Source: Candidatus Pacearchaeota archaeon (GTDB lineage: Archaea; Nanobdellota; Nanobdellia; Pacearchaeales; GW2011-AR1). From it: a stretch of DNA of 64,000 nucleotides. Under the pieces are notes generated by a model, which was not told the DNA's origin, searched no databases, and saw nothing but the letters and a program-made list of their open reading frames with translations. Positions 36,042 through 45,676 of the stretch are shown piece after piece (the stretch's first letter is position 1; every line of letters starts with the position of its first letter). The DNA lies in NCBI GenBank assembly GCA_964202455.1, contig CAXNIJ010000004.1, positions 36,483-100,482 of the forward strand, given 5' to 3'. A program made the translations under genes and the position numbers.

Positions 36042-36116
36042 AAATTAAAAGAAATATTGAGTATTTTAAAGATAATGGTGGTCTTGTTCTATATTACTGA
36101 AAGGGTTCTGTTTTTT

Positions 36117-36884
36117 TCAACATATGACATCGTATTCTTGAAGATTGAATATGTTAATTGTCCTTCTAGGAATCCTAAGCCTTAGCGCATTTGAGTTTTT
36201 AGGTATTTTATCATGAATAAGGTGCTCGTAGACTCTCCGTACTAGCTCACAGAGACCATTATCTCGCGTTACAAGCGTTACGGGATTAGTGTATGCAACG
36301 ATGAATGTGGTTGCAACCAAGTGGTTGTCTGTTTCGAGATTCTTTCCTAAATATACTTTGTTGCTCATATGTTCTTTTGCTCTCTGTGATTTACGCTCTA
36401 AGTCTTGTGAGAGATCTCTTGCCGCGTCCATAAAATGAAGATAGTTATCTTGCTGTTGCAAAGATTTATCACTTACATTTGACTTTAATTTCTTCAGAAA
36501 TCTATGCAATTCGAGATTATATGAATAGATAACATCGAGAATGCTTCTGCAGTAAGAAATATTTTCTATTGATTTTGTTTGCATTGACATCCTCATTTCA
36601 TCTTGAATGTGACTTTCTTGTTTAATTAGTATATCTAAATGATATTGTACTTCAGTATATACCTGCGGAATTATTCTAACTTTATTTTTTTGCATAACTC
36701 TGGTTAGTTCGTTTAGACGCTCAAAACGACGGGAGAATATATTATCATCTAGTATCTTAAAAGACTCGAGACCGTCGTACAAGAGCGTGGGAAGTGATGT
36801 CTCTTCATGAGAGTTTACTGCAGATGTGTCTATAAGAATAATATCGTCATTAGTTCTCTGTTCAAGTTCAATTACTAGATCCAT
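36117..36884 (-). CDS. PIN-like domain protein with a long helical insert
   Basis: IILIDTSAV, YTEVQ, ETDNHLVATT and VTLVTRDNGL are spaced like the four PIN acidic positions. The G+C content is visibly higher than in the flanks. Confidence 0.55.
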   Translation of the reverse strand: MDLVIELEQRTNDDIILIDTSAVNSHEETSLPTLLYDGLESFKILDDNIFSRRFERLNELTRVMQKNKVRIIPQVYTEVQYHLDILIKQESHIQDEMRMSMQTKSIENISYCRSILDVIYSYNLELHRFLKKLKSNVSDKSLQQQDNYLHFMDAARDLSQDLERKSQRAKEHMSNKVYLGKNLETDNHLVATTFIVAYTNPVTLVTRDNGLCELVRRVYEHLIHDKIPKNSNALRLRIPRRTINIFNLQEYDVIC

Positions 36885-36941
36885 GCATTTTTGATTCAGA
36901 GTGCGTTTATAAACTTTTTTATATTTGTAACCGTGCAGTTA

Positions 36942-38219
36942 CTACTTTATTTCTATCTTCTTCTTCTCATGCATATATGGCAAAAGAACATCTGGAATTT
37001 TAATAGAACCGTCTTTTTGCTGATAGTTTTCTAGAATGGCCACCATTGCCCTAGAAGTAGCTATAGCTGTATTATTTAGCGTGTGTGGAGTATAACGACC
37101 CTCTTTTCCATCTGTACGAATTTTTAACTTCTTTGCTTGTGCTTCTGTTAAATTTGAACATGAACCTACTTCAAAATATTCTTTTCTTCTTGGAGACCAT
37201 GCTTCTATGTCTACTTGAATGTGCTTTAGATCTCCCAAATCTCCTGAGCAGATCCCTAGAATACGAATGGGGATTTCTAATGCCTTAAAAATTTCAATAG
37301 TAATTCCCTTGAGTTCTTCAAAAAACTTCATAGATTCACTCGGCTTACAAATAACGATCATTTCTATTTTGTTAAATTGATGAGTCCTATATACTCCCTT
37401 TTCATCTATTCCGTGACTTCCAACTTCTTTTCTAAAACACATGGAATAACTGGTGTGTTTTATGGGAAGATTTTTTTCTGGAATAATTGTGTCAATGTAT
37501 CTGCCTATCAGAGAATGCTCGCTTGTTCCAATCATGTAAAGATCTTCTCCATCTATTTTATAGATTTGATTCTTTTGATCGTTTAAGTCAGTTACATTGT
37601 TTATTATTGAACCACGAAGCATTAAGGGTGTCTCCACATAAAGAAATCCTTTCTTAACCATTGTATCTATTCCAAATCTAATTAATGCTTGATTCAATAA
37701 TGCTAAATCTCCTTGAATATAATAGAATCCATTTCCTGAAGTCTTTGCTGAAGAATCGAAATCTAGTACTCCTAATTGCTCCCCTAATTCAACATGACTT
37801 TTTACTGGAAATGAAAAATTTATTGGTTTTCCTATAGTCTCTAGAGTTACATTCTCTGAAGAATCTTTTCCTAATGGGACTGATGAGTGCATGATATTAG
37901 GAAGTTGATTTAAAATTTCTTGGACTTCTTCCTCTTTTTTTTGTGCTTTAGCCTCTATTTCTTCTATCTGTTCTGGAATATTCTTAGCTTTTTTCATAAC
38001 TGCATCTGCATTCTTACCTGCTTTTTTGAGTTCACTAATTTCTTTAGAAATTTTATTTCTTTGAGACCTTAACTCGTCTGCTTCTCCCTTAAGTTTACGC
38101 CATTCTCCGTCTTTTTTAAGAGCCTCATCAACAAGTTTTAACTTTTGATTCTGAAATTTATTTTTAACATTTTCTTTAATTACATCTGGATGTTCGCGGA
38201 GAGTTTTTATGTCGACCAT
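36942..38219 (-). CDS. serS: serine--tRNA ligase
   Basis: N-terminal coiled-coil arm. Class II motifs: FRKEVGSHG, TEAQAKKL and the NNTAIATSRAMVAILENYQ tail. Confidence 0.9.
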   Translation of the reverse strand: MVDIKTLREHPDVIKENVKNKFQNQKLKLVDEALKKDGEWRKLKGEADELRSQRNKISKEISELKKAGKNADAVMKKAKNIPEQIEEIEAKAQKKEEEVQEILNQLPNIMHSSVPLGKDSSENVTLETIGKPINFSFPVKSHVELGEQLGVLDFDSSAKTSGNGFYYIQGDLALLNQALIRFGIDTMVKKGFLYVETPLMLRGSIINNVTDLNDQKNQIYKIDGEDLYMIGTSEHSLIGRYIDTIIPEKNLPIKHTSYSMCFRKEVGSHGIDEKGVYRTHQFNKIEMIVICKPSESMKFFEELKGITIEIFKALEIPIRILGICSGDLGDLKHIQVDIEAWSPRRKEYFEVGSCSNLTEAQAKKLKIRTDGKEGRYTPHTLNNTAIATSRAMVAILENYQQKDGSIKIPDVLLPYMHEKKKIEIK

Positions 38220-38311
38220 AGTTTAAGTAGAATCATAAGATATTTAAAACTTCTGACACCGTTTTAAGATGCCTAGAAACTTGAATTTCTTTAGTTTGAC
38301 TCTATACTTTA

Positions 38312-40027
38312 CTAAAAATATTCTGATTTATCTTTGCCTTTCTTTAGCTCTTTAAGATGCTTAATGCCCAACTCTTTGTATTTTTGTTTTGACAAACCAA
38401 AGCTTGTAATAATGTGGGAGGCATAATCTCCACCGAGATGATGTGGAATTAGTACATAATCTGCCCCAAGTTCATATAATTCTAGAGCGAATCTTGGTTG
38501 TTCTGCGGTAGCTATGAATGTTGCTTTTGATTTTATATCTAAGAGAAATTTTTTAATTACTACATTTGACTCATTATCTGGAATTGTCGAAATAGTCAAT
38601 TTTACTTTATCCCATTCTAATTGACTTAGAAATCCCTTATCTCCTGCATCGCCATAAACACAGTTAATTCCCCACTTATTTAATGCCAATATGACTTTAG
38701 GGTTATGATCTACAACAACAAATGGTACTTTCATTTTCTGTAATGTACTCAAAACTTTATAACCCATACGGTGATATCCAAAAAGAATAATTTCGTAATT
38801 TTCCTTGGGTTCACTTAAAGATTTGTGGCGCTTTCCTTCAAATAAATTTAAAAGATGCCCTATTTGATTAAATATTGATCGTGCATAATAAATGCTATAG
38901 CTACTCGCCCCGATGGTAAATATGGAAATTAAAATAACTAGATTCATCATATCTTGCGTTATGTGGCCTAGAGAGAAACCCATTAGAATAAGTATTAAAG
39001 AGAACTCGCTAATTTGCGCCAGACTTGAACCTGCTAAGAAATTAGTTCTTTTTTTGTATCCAAATGATCTAAGGAGACTCATGACTATCAGAGGTTTTCC
39101 AATTAATATGAAAACCGAAAATATCAAGGCATTTTTAATTAAATCCATAGTAATTACTCCTGCGAGCTGACTTCCGAAAAACACAAAAAATAATACGATG
39201 AAAAAATCTCTAAGGGGTTTCATTTTTCCGCTTAATTCTAGAGTATATTTAGTAGATGCCAGAGACATTCCAGCAATAAGTGCTCCAATTTCTAAAGAGA
39301 ATCCTAAATAATCAAATAGGGAGGCTAGAAGTAATGCCCATCCAACTCCGAAGAGGAAAAGTACTTCCTGATTACGCGATAGATAATCTAAGAACCGGTT
39401 AAATACTAATGCTGTTCCCAAGAATATTCCTGCAATTAGAACAAGTATTAATAATAGTTTATTTAATATAATTCCCATGCTTCCTCCCTGCTCAATTAAT
39501 GGAACTACCATTAATGCTATTGCTGCAATAAAATCTTCTACTATAAGGATTCCCAAAACAATTCTTCCATGAAGAGTATCTATTTCTTTTTTATCTGAGA
39601 GAATTTTAACCACTACTACTGTAGAAGAAAATGCTAATGCTGTTGCAATATAAATAGAAGTGGTGGATGAGAACCCTAATCCTAATGCTATTAATCCACT
39701 AATTGTTCCAGTAATGACTATTTCTGTTAATCCGACGATACTAGCGACGCCTCCAATTTCTTTGAGAACGCGAAAATCTAAAGATAGTCCGACTATAAAT
39801 AGAAGAAACGCTACGCCGATATGAGCGAATGTTTGAATTATTTCTGATGTTGCACTTGATGGCCCTATTAGATTAAGAAAGATAGGACCTACAATCACTC
39901 CTGCGATAAGATAAGCTATAATCGGCGGTTGCCTAATTGCTCTAGCAATAACTGTAATTAATGCTGCAATTCCAATTATAAGACTGATAGACCATAATAC
40001 CTCTTGTGCCATGATTATATTAGTCAA
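38312..40027 (-). CDS. Kef/CPA2-type monovalent cation:proton antiporter with a C-terminal TrkA-N (RCK_N) domain
   Basis: About 12 TM helices, then IILFGYHRMGYKV...VVVDHNP...YGDAG (Rossmann-type RCK_N). Confidence 0.85.
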   Translation of the reverse strand: MTNIIMAQEVLWSISLIIGIAALITVIARAIRQPPIIAYLIAGVIVGPIFLNLIGPSSATSEIIQTFAHIGVAFLLFIVGLSLDFRVLKEIGGVASIVGLTEIVITGTISGLIALGLGFSSTTSIYIATALAFSSTVVVVKILSDKKEIDTLHGRIVLGILIVEDFIAAIALMVVPLIEQGGSMGIILNKLLLILVLIAGIFLGTALVFNRFLDYLSRNQEVLFLFGVGWALLLASLFDYLGFSLEIGALIAGMSLASTKYTLELSGKMKPLRDFFIVLFFVFFGSQLAGVITMDLIKNALIFSVFILIGKPLIVMSLLRSFGYKKRTNFLAGSSLAQISEFSLILILMGFSLGHITQDMMNLVILISIFTIGASSYSIYYARSIFNQIGHLLNLFEGKRHKSLSEPKENYEIILFGYHRMGYKVLSTLQKMKVPFVVVDHNPKVILALNKWGINCVYGDAGDKGFLSQLEWDKVKLTISTIPDNESNVVIKKFLLDIKSKATFIATAEQPRFALELYELGADYVLIPHHLGGDYASHIITSFGLSKQKYKELGIKHLKELKKGKDKSEYF

Positions 40028-40029
40028 TG

Positions 40030-40250
40030 GGTGTTTTTATATTTGATTATGTCATGGAACTTGACTAAAACTCCAGCTCGTCAAGAATCTTTGATTCTTG
40101 AGTGCCATCAAAGACGTATGTCTTGGAGGCTAAGAAACTCTTTGAGTTTCGAGGCGATCAGAAACTTTCAGTTTCTGACGTTTAAGTTGCGGTGGCGCAT
40201 CGTTTTTTTGATTTACAAAACTAAACCGAAAGTCTTAAAAGACTTCACTC
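40030..40250. repeat. hairpin-rich intergenic element, copy 2 (candidate structured RNA)
   Basis: Homologous to 21640-21850 at both ends. Hairpins: TCAAGAATC/GATTCTTGA (40081-40101), CAAAGAC/GTCTTGG, GAAACTC/GAGTTTC, TCAGAAACT/AGTTTCTGA (40158-40178). It abuts the kef start codon (40027). Confidence 0.6.
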
Positions 40251-40321
40251 TTCCTTTCTGTATCACATTCATCTCTCAAAGTGAGGAATCTATAAAATTT
40301 CTCACACATGGCTGAGATGAA

Positions 40322-40351
40322 GGGCCCAACCGCACGCGGCGCGGGGGGCCC
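40322..40351. other. GC-rich hairpin GGGCCC-N18-GGGCCC just 3' of the DedA-PAP2 gene
   Basis: Read directly. It is a roughly 30-nt, nearly all-G+C island in AT-rich surroundings, 13 nt downstream of the minus-strand stop at 40364. Confidence 0.4.
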
Positions 40352-40363
40352 ACTTCTAAAATA

Positions 40364-41602
40364 TTATTTAGTCTTCATTTTTTCTGAAGCGACCCAAAAG
40401 AAAAAGGCAGTTAAGACAATTGCAATCCCCAATGTAATTCCTGCAATAACATCACTAAACCAATGTACATTTAGATAAATTCTACTTGCTCCAACTAAGA
40501 TAATTAAGAAAATAATTGAGAAAACTCTTATTTTTTTTACTAATTTAGAAAAATTACCTATAAAAAAATATACTGCAATGAGTCCGAGAAAGATTGTAGA
40601 GATTAATGCGTGGCCACTTGGAAATGAAAATCCTGAAGAGATCAAAAGTCCAAACTGTGGTCTAGGACGATGAACATACCATTTGAAAAATTCTGAGGCA
40701 AATAAACCTAAAAGCATAGTTGAAACAAAAAAGACGACTTCTCTTTTCTTATTTTTCTGAAGAAGGAAACCAACCATTATAAGAGAAATGACTGCTAGAG
40801 AAAATGGGTCAAATAGAAAGTGAATGAATTTTGATATCGAAGTTAAAATTTCAATTTTAAATTCACTTAAGGCACCAAGTACTTTTTCATCAATTCTTGT
40901 CCAAAATCCTCCACGTATTACTCCATTCATAATGCTGAAGAAAAATAAGAGTAAAACTATTATAATTGCACCTAGAATTCTACTTTTAGTCAACAGATAA
41001 ATCTTTTTCTTTTTCAAATAAGTCCCTAAAAAGTGCCAAGATAATGCAATTATAATTGATAGAAAGATGAAAAGCCCTATATATTTCTCGAAATACTTAA
41101 AACTCTCTCCTATGAAATATCCAATTAAAATATAAGTTGTCGCCCAAAGAAATGAACCTATAGAAGTTAAAATTAAAAACTTTGGAAATGGTGCGCGATG
41201 TGTTCCTGCTAAAAATGGCGCAATGGCGCGTGTGAATGAATATAGGTGGCCTAGAATTAGAGATTTGCCTAGATGATTTATGATTAATTTTTCAGTCTTT
41301 TTAACATTTTTATCGTTAAATAAAAAATAACTCCCCCATTTTTTTAAAAATCCTAATCCATAACGTCTACCCACATAATAACTAATACAATCTCCTGCAA
41401 TTACTGCTAATGTGGCTAGAAAAATTAAAGTATATAGATTAAAAATATTTTCATGGCTCGCAAATCCTGCAATAACTAATAATGTTTGGCCAGGTATAAT
41501 CAGACCGATTAATGGTAAAGATTCCATGAATACTATAAGAGTTATGATTATGTATTTCCAATGACCTAACATGGCTACTTTAAATAAATCTTCTAAAACC
41601 AT
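40364..41602 (-). CDS. DedA-family membrane domain fused to a PAP2 lipid phosphatase
   Basis: The N-terminal half is DedA-like (ESLPLIGLIIPGQTLLVIAGF). The C-terminal PAP2 motifs are KWYVHRPRP, PSGHA and SRIYLNVHWFSDV. Confidence 0.8.
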   Translation of the reverse strand: MVLEDLFKVAMLGHWKYIIITLIVFMESLPLIGLIIPGQTLLVIAGFASHENIFNLYTLIFLATLAVIAGDCISYYVGRRYGLGFLKKWGSYFLFNDKNVKKTEKLIINHLGKSLILGHLYSFTRAIAPFLAGTHRAPFPKFLILTSIGSFLWATTYILIGYFIGESFKYFEKYIGLFIFLSIIIALSWHFLGTYLKKKKIYLLTKSRILGAIIIVLLLFFFSIMNGVIRGGFWTRIDEKVLGALSEFKIEILTSISKFIHFLFDPFSLAVISLIMVGFLLQKNKKREVVFFVSTMLLGLFASEFFKWYVHRPRPQFGLLISSGFSFPSGHALISTIFLGLIAVYFFIGNFSKLVKKIRVFSIIFLIILVGASRIYLNVHWFSDVIAGITLGIAIVLTAFFFWVASEKMKTK

Positions 41603-41643
41603 GTCTCAATTATGCAAACGTCCTTTATAAATAGTTAATATCT

Positions 41644-42636
41644 CTACTTTTGTTCTAAAGGTGGGCCCTTAACATGTTTAACGATGGCCTGGCTTCTTTT
41701 TTTCAGATGCTCTGAAAGTGCGAAAAATGTTAATAATGCTCCAGCAATTGTTGAAAATATTATAGCATATTCTTTTATTTTTGTAATTGATGATGCTTTT
41801 TTTACAGATTCTATTTTTTTCTCTTGATCTTCTAATTCTTCTTTTGCAAGTATTACGCTTGCCTGAGCTTTCTGGACTTCCCCAGATATTATATTTGTTT
41901 CTGTTTCTCTAAGATCGATTTTTATTTGATTTAGACTAATGTCTGATACATCATAATCCTCGTTTTTTTTCTCATTGAGTTTAGATTCTAAATCGAGATA
42001 TTTTTGTTTTATTGCTTTTAACTCTGAAGTTATATTTTGAATCAATTGAATCTTTAACTTTTCAGAATTTTCCTTTTCCAGATTAGAAATATTGCTTGGC
42101 GCAATAACAGTTATATTTTTATAAAATATAAAACTCTGTATTTTTATTGTTAGAAGAATTGTTCCAGATTCTTTGAAATTGCCAGTGATAAGAAGATATC
42201 CTTTTTCTTCAGGATTGAGTGAATCAATCGGGAGTACATCGTAAGTTGAAAATCCTTTAGCTGTCACAAGCGCAAGGATATTTTTTTGTGTCTCCGTACC
42301 TGCATTTTCTATTTGAAGTGTCATTTGAATATCTCCTAATTTAAATTCTTGAGGAATTATATTTTTTATTAAAAGAAGAGTTATATTTTCTTTTTTAGGC
42401 AGAGCCACATTAGGAGATTTTTCAGGAGTCATATTTGTTGTATTAATCGATAAAGATAGCGCTGAGAAATCTGATTCATTTATTATGGTGCTTTTTATCT
42501 GAGTCATCAAAGAAGAGTTCTCGTCTGCACTTATTAGTGGAAATAACATAATCGCAATCATTAAAAATATAAATATTGTCTTTTTCATGTTGTGTGTATT
42601 CGTTAAAAGCATTCTTAAATCTTGCTCTTTACTCAT
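41644..42636 (-). CDS. hypothetical secreted protein with a C-terminal TM anchor
   Basis: Signal-like N-terminus IFIFLMIAIMLFPLISA, a coiled-coil region and a C-terminal TM (AIIFSTIAGALLTFFAL). Confidence 0.55.
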   Translation of the reverse strand: MSKEQDLRMLLTNTHNMKKTIFIFLMIAIMLFPLISADENSSLMTQIKSTIINESDFSALSLSINTTNMTPEKSPNVALPKKENITLLLIKNIIPQEFKLGDIQMTLQIENAGTETQKNILALVTAKGFSTYDVLPIDSLNPEEKGYLLITGNFKESGTILLTIKIQSFIFYKNITVIAPSNISNLEKENSEKLKIQLIQNITSELKAIKQKYLDLESKLNEKKNEDYDVSDISLNQIKIDLRETETNIISGEVQKAQASVILAKEELEDQEKKIESVKKASSITKIKEYAIIFSTIAGALLTFFALSEHLKKRSQAIVKHVKGPPLEQK

Positions 42637-45600
42637 TTTTTCTTCTAGTATCTATAAAATGTGTGATTCCTGCTACAATTAGAATTATTAAAACTACCCA
42701 AATTATGTTTTTCCAATTTAAATATGAAGCAGATCTAACTTGGGGCAATGATGGAGAAGTAGTATTTTTATTTTCGATTGAAATATTTGAAGGGCTTATA
42801 TTTTTTACTTCTGAATCGGTAATTGAAGGGCTTATTGAATATGAAATAAGTTCATTTATTGTCTGTATAGTTAGAGAGGCTTTATCCTTGGTTATACTTT
42901 CTACTTTAACATAAAGATTATAATATTTTGGAGAAGTTAAATTTAGTTTTATACTTTGTCCTGCTCCTAAAAGAAAATTTATTGGCTCGCTCCTTATAGT
43001 AATATTGACTCTATTTTCGCTAACTGCCTCAACTGTAAGTGAGTGTTGTACTGATTTTTCGTCAAAAAGAGTAAATTTCACTTTATCTTCCTTTTTTAAT
43101 TCTTGAGTAAATCCATTTGATGTCTGTTGTTCACTAAGACTAAATGTGCTTGCGGTGGCTCCCCCGCCTCCTCCTCCGCCGCCACCGCCACCGCCACCAG
43201 AAGAACTTACCGAGGGTGAAGAAGGAGCAGTAATCGTTAGCGTTCGTGCACTTGCATTGCCCACGTTTCCTGCAATATCTGTGCAATTAATACTCCAATT
43301 ATAACTCCCTGGTCCCATTGTTAATGAAAATGACTGATTAAGAGATTGATTAATGAAAGTGCTGTTCGTTGTATTCACTGCTCCATCGATAATGAGCGAG
43401 CAACTGGAAAGGTTGAGATTATCCGTAGTATTGTAAGTGAAATTTAATGAAAGAGAGGAAATTGTTTCTGCATAATTATTTGCTGGAGAGATAATTGTGA
43501 TATTTGGAGCAGTGAAATCTATAGTAAAGTTTCCTGCGAATGAACTATTGAAGTTTCCCGCCGTATCATTGCAGTAATAAGTAACATTATAATTTTGGTC
43601 TTGAATTAGAGTCAGATTTGTTGCATTGAATGTTCTATTATCTGTTGCGCCCATTGAATAGTTTGCAACTCCATGATTAAGGGAATAGAGGCAACTCCCA
43701 TTTTCATTTAAAGTTATGTTAAACCTTCCTTGATTGTAATAGCTTCCGTTGAGAGGAGAAGTAACGTTAATAATTGGCAATGTTAGATCATATGTAATTG
43801 TTTTATTTGTAGAAGCAAATGTTGCGATATTAGTATTGTCTCTAAACAAACAATTCCAAGTGTACACTCCTTCTGCTGTGAAATTAACTGTGAAGTTTTT
43901 AGTAGCACTTGTTCCAGAAATATTACTAAAACTGATATTCATTGCATTGCTTGAACTGTTCCAGAGATAGAACGTGACATTAGTAATATTAATTCCAGAA
44001 CTTACATTACAGATATACGTCTGATTTTGATTTGTGATTACTCCAGAAGAAGGAGATATAAGATCTATGATTGAACCGGAGATAGTAATTGTATTATTCA
44101 AAGTTGCAAACGTCTTATTATTATTTTCATCTGTAAAGAGGCAGTTCCAAGTGTATGTTCCACTTGTAATGTTTGTAATATTGACCTGCAAAACTGCCGC
44201 ACTTCCATTGACATTTTGCGAAGTTTGATTTGTGATTGAAGAAGGTGCATTCCAGAGATAGAATGTTCCATTTTTAATTGCCAAATCTGTCGCATTACAG
44301 TTAAAGGTTTGATTGATGTTAATTGATGCGGCCGCATTTGCTGGAGAGATAAGTGTAACATTTGGTGCAGAATTGTCCAAAGAGATTATTGATGCGTAGA
44401 TATTTATGAGTGAATAATTAAGATTTGATGCTCCATCATATATTCTCTTTCCTGTAGAGTTAAGCACCGATTTTAGTTGTGCAGGAGTTCTTGACTGTCC
44501 GGTATTATTTAAATATTGATTAAGAATCATAATCGCGCCAGCAACATGGGGTGTTGCCATGCTTGTTCCGCTAATAGAACAATAAGATTTTCCTGCACCA
44601 CATGCAGTCAAAACTGTTCCTGCTGGAGCAGTAATCATTGTTGAGTTAATGTTGAAACCTGGAGCGATGAGCTGCACCAAGGCGTTTCTGTTGTAGTTGA
44701 ACGTTGAGCTGTCTTTTTGTATGCTCCCCACGGCCGTTGCGTTTTGTACACATGCTGGGCCACTTATTTGCGTTGTTGATCCATCGTTTCCTGCTGCAAT
44801 AACAATTGAGATGTTATTTTTGAAAGCGCTGTCTATATATGGCGTTAATGTATCTGTTCCATCACAATTATTGGTAGAGAGACCACCACCCAGACTCATG
44901 CTAATAACTGAGATATTATAACGAGTTGCATTTCCGATACACCAGTTAATTCCGGCAGCTACGTTTGTATCAGTACAACTTCCTGAAGAACTACATGCTT
45001 TGATTGCAATAATTTTTGCCTGCGGAGCGACACCATTTATTGTACCATTAGCAGCAGCAATGCCTGAAACGTGCGTGCCATGACCATTATCATCCATGGG
45101 ATCGCTATCGCCATTTACAAAATCATGACCGCCTATAATTTTACAGGGTGAAGATGCATTGTTGTTACCGAAACAACTGCCTAAATCTGAATGACTATAA
45201 TTTACTCCAGTATCTATGATACACACTGTTTGTCCTGCGCCAGTTAAATTTAATGTACCTACTTGAAGAGAAAGTGTGCGAGTAGCATTAACTAAAGGTG
45301 TTGAATCTTGTAATGAAATGTGACGAATCCCTGCCTCTTGCACTTTTTCAATGTCAGGGTTATTTTCAAGCTGGTTTAATTCATCTAAAGTGATATATGC
45401 AGAAATAGCTCCTTCGCTCTCAAATTCATGTTCACGATTCTTGATATTAATTATTTTTAATTTTTCCTTTTGTGTTTGGACTGATCTCTTAATTGAGGTT
45501 TGTGTAGGTTCTTTTTTTGCGTATATAAATACATGAACCGTATATTCTTGTGCTACTTTTTTATATATTTCAGAAGTTATTTTTCTTTCTTTTTTTCCAG

Positions 45601-45676
45601 AATCTTGTCCAGTTACAATGCCTAATCCCAGAAGAATAAGCGAAATAATTAAAATGATTGTGAAGATTCTCTTCAT
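42629..45676 (-). CDS. subtilisin-like (S8) serine protease with repeated beta-rich domains, a poly-Gly linker and a C-terminal TM anchor
   Basis: Catalytic triad contexts DTGVNYSHSDL, HGTHVSGIAAA and SGTSMATPHVAG. There are dozens of N-x-S/T sequons. The run SSSGGGGGGGGGGGGATAS is encoded at about 43160-43200. Confidence 0.9.
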   Translation of the reverse strand: MKRIFTIILIISLILLGLGIVTGQDSGKKERKITSEIYKKVAQEYTVHVFIYAKKEPTQTSIKRSVQTQKEKLKIINIKNREHEFESEGAISAYITLDELNQLENNPDIEKVQEAGIRHISLQDSTPLVNATRTLSLQVGTLNLTGAGQTVCIIDTGVNYSHSDLGSCFGNNNASSPCKIIGGHDFVNGDSDPMDDNGHGTHVSGIAAANGTINGVAPQAKIIAIKACSSSGSCTDTNVAAGINWCIGNATRYNISVISMSLGGGLSTNNCDGTDTLTPYIDSAFKNNISIVIAAGNDGSTTQISGPACVQNATAVGSIQKDSSTFNYNRNALVQLIAPGFNINSTMITAPAGTVLTACGAGKSYCSISGTSMATPHVAGAIMILNQYLNNTGQSRTPAQLKSVLNSTGKRIYDGASNLNYSLINIYASIISLDNSAPNVTLISPANAAASININQTFNCNATDLAIKNGTFYLWNAPSSITNQTSQNVNGSAAVLQVNITNITSGTYTWNCLFTDENNNKTFATLNNTITISGSIIDLISPSSGVITNQNQTYICNVSSGINITNVTFYLWNSSSNAMNISFSNISGTSATKNFTVNFTAEGVYTWNCLFRDNTNIATFASTNKTITYDLTLPIINVTSPLNGSYYNQGRFNITLNENGSCLYSLNHGVANYSMGATDNRTFNATNLTLIQDQNYNVTYYCNDTAGNFNSSFAGNFTIDFTAPNITIISPANNYAETISSLSLNFTYNTTDNLNLSSCSLIIDGAVNTTNSTFINQSLNQSFSLTMGPGSYNWSINCTDIAGNVGNASARTLTITAPSSPSVSSSGGGGGGGGGGGGGATASTFSLSEQQTSNGFTQELKKEDKVKFTLFDEKSVQHSLTVEAVSENRVNITIRSEPINFLLGAGQSIKLNLTSPKYYNLYVKVESITKDKASLTIQTINELISYSISPSITDSEVKNISPSNISIENKNTTSPSLPQVRSASYLNWKNIIWVVLIILIVAGITHFIDTRRKNE

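Noticed and set aside
34278-36116. Search for a Pup-like gene (short ORF ending in GGQ or GGE) next to the PafA/Dop homologue
   Set aside because: The flanking gaps are under 80 nt and no track ORF in the window ends in GGQ or GGE. I did not translate all ORFs under 60 aa, so absence is not proven.
40004-40315. 103-aa plus-strand ORF
   Set aside because: It covers the repeat element, and the homologous copy at 21640-21850 has no equivalent ORF because an indel breaks the frame.
43150-44400. Possible CRISPR or tandem DNA repeat inside the protease gene
   Set aside because: The periodicity is at the protein-domain level (diverged Ig-like repeats) plus a Gly-codon tract. There are no identical direct repeats with unique spacers. 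No CRISPR array was seen anywhere in the window.
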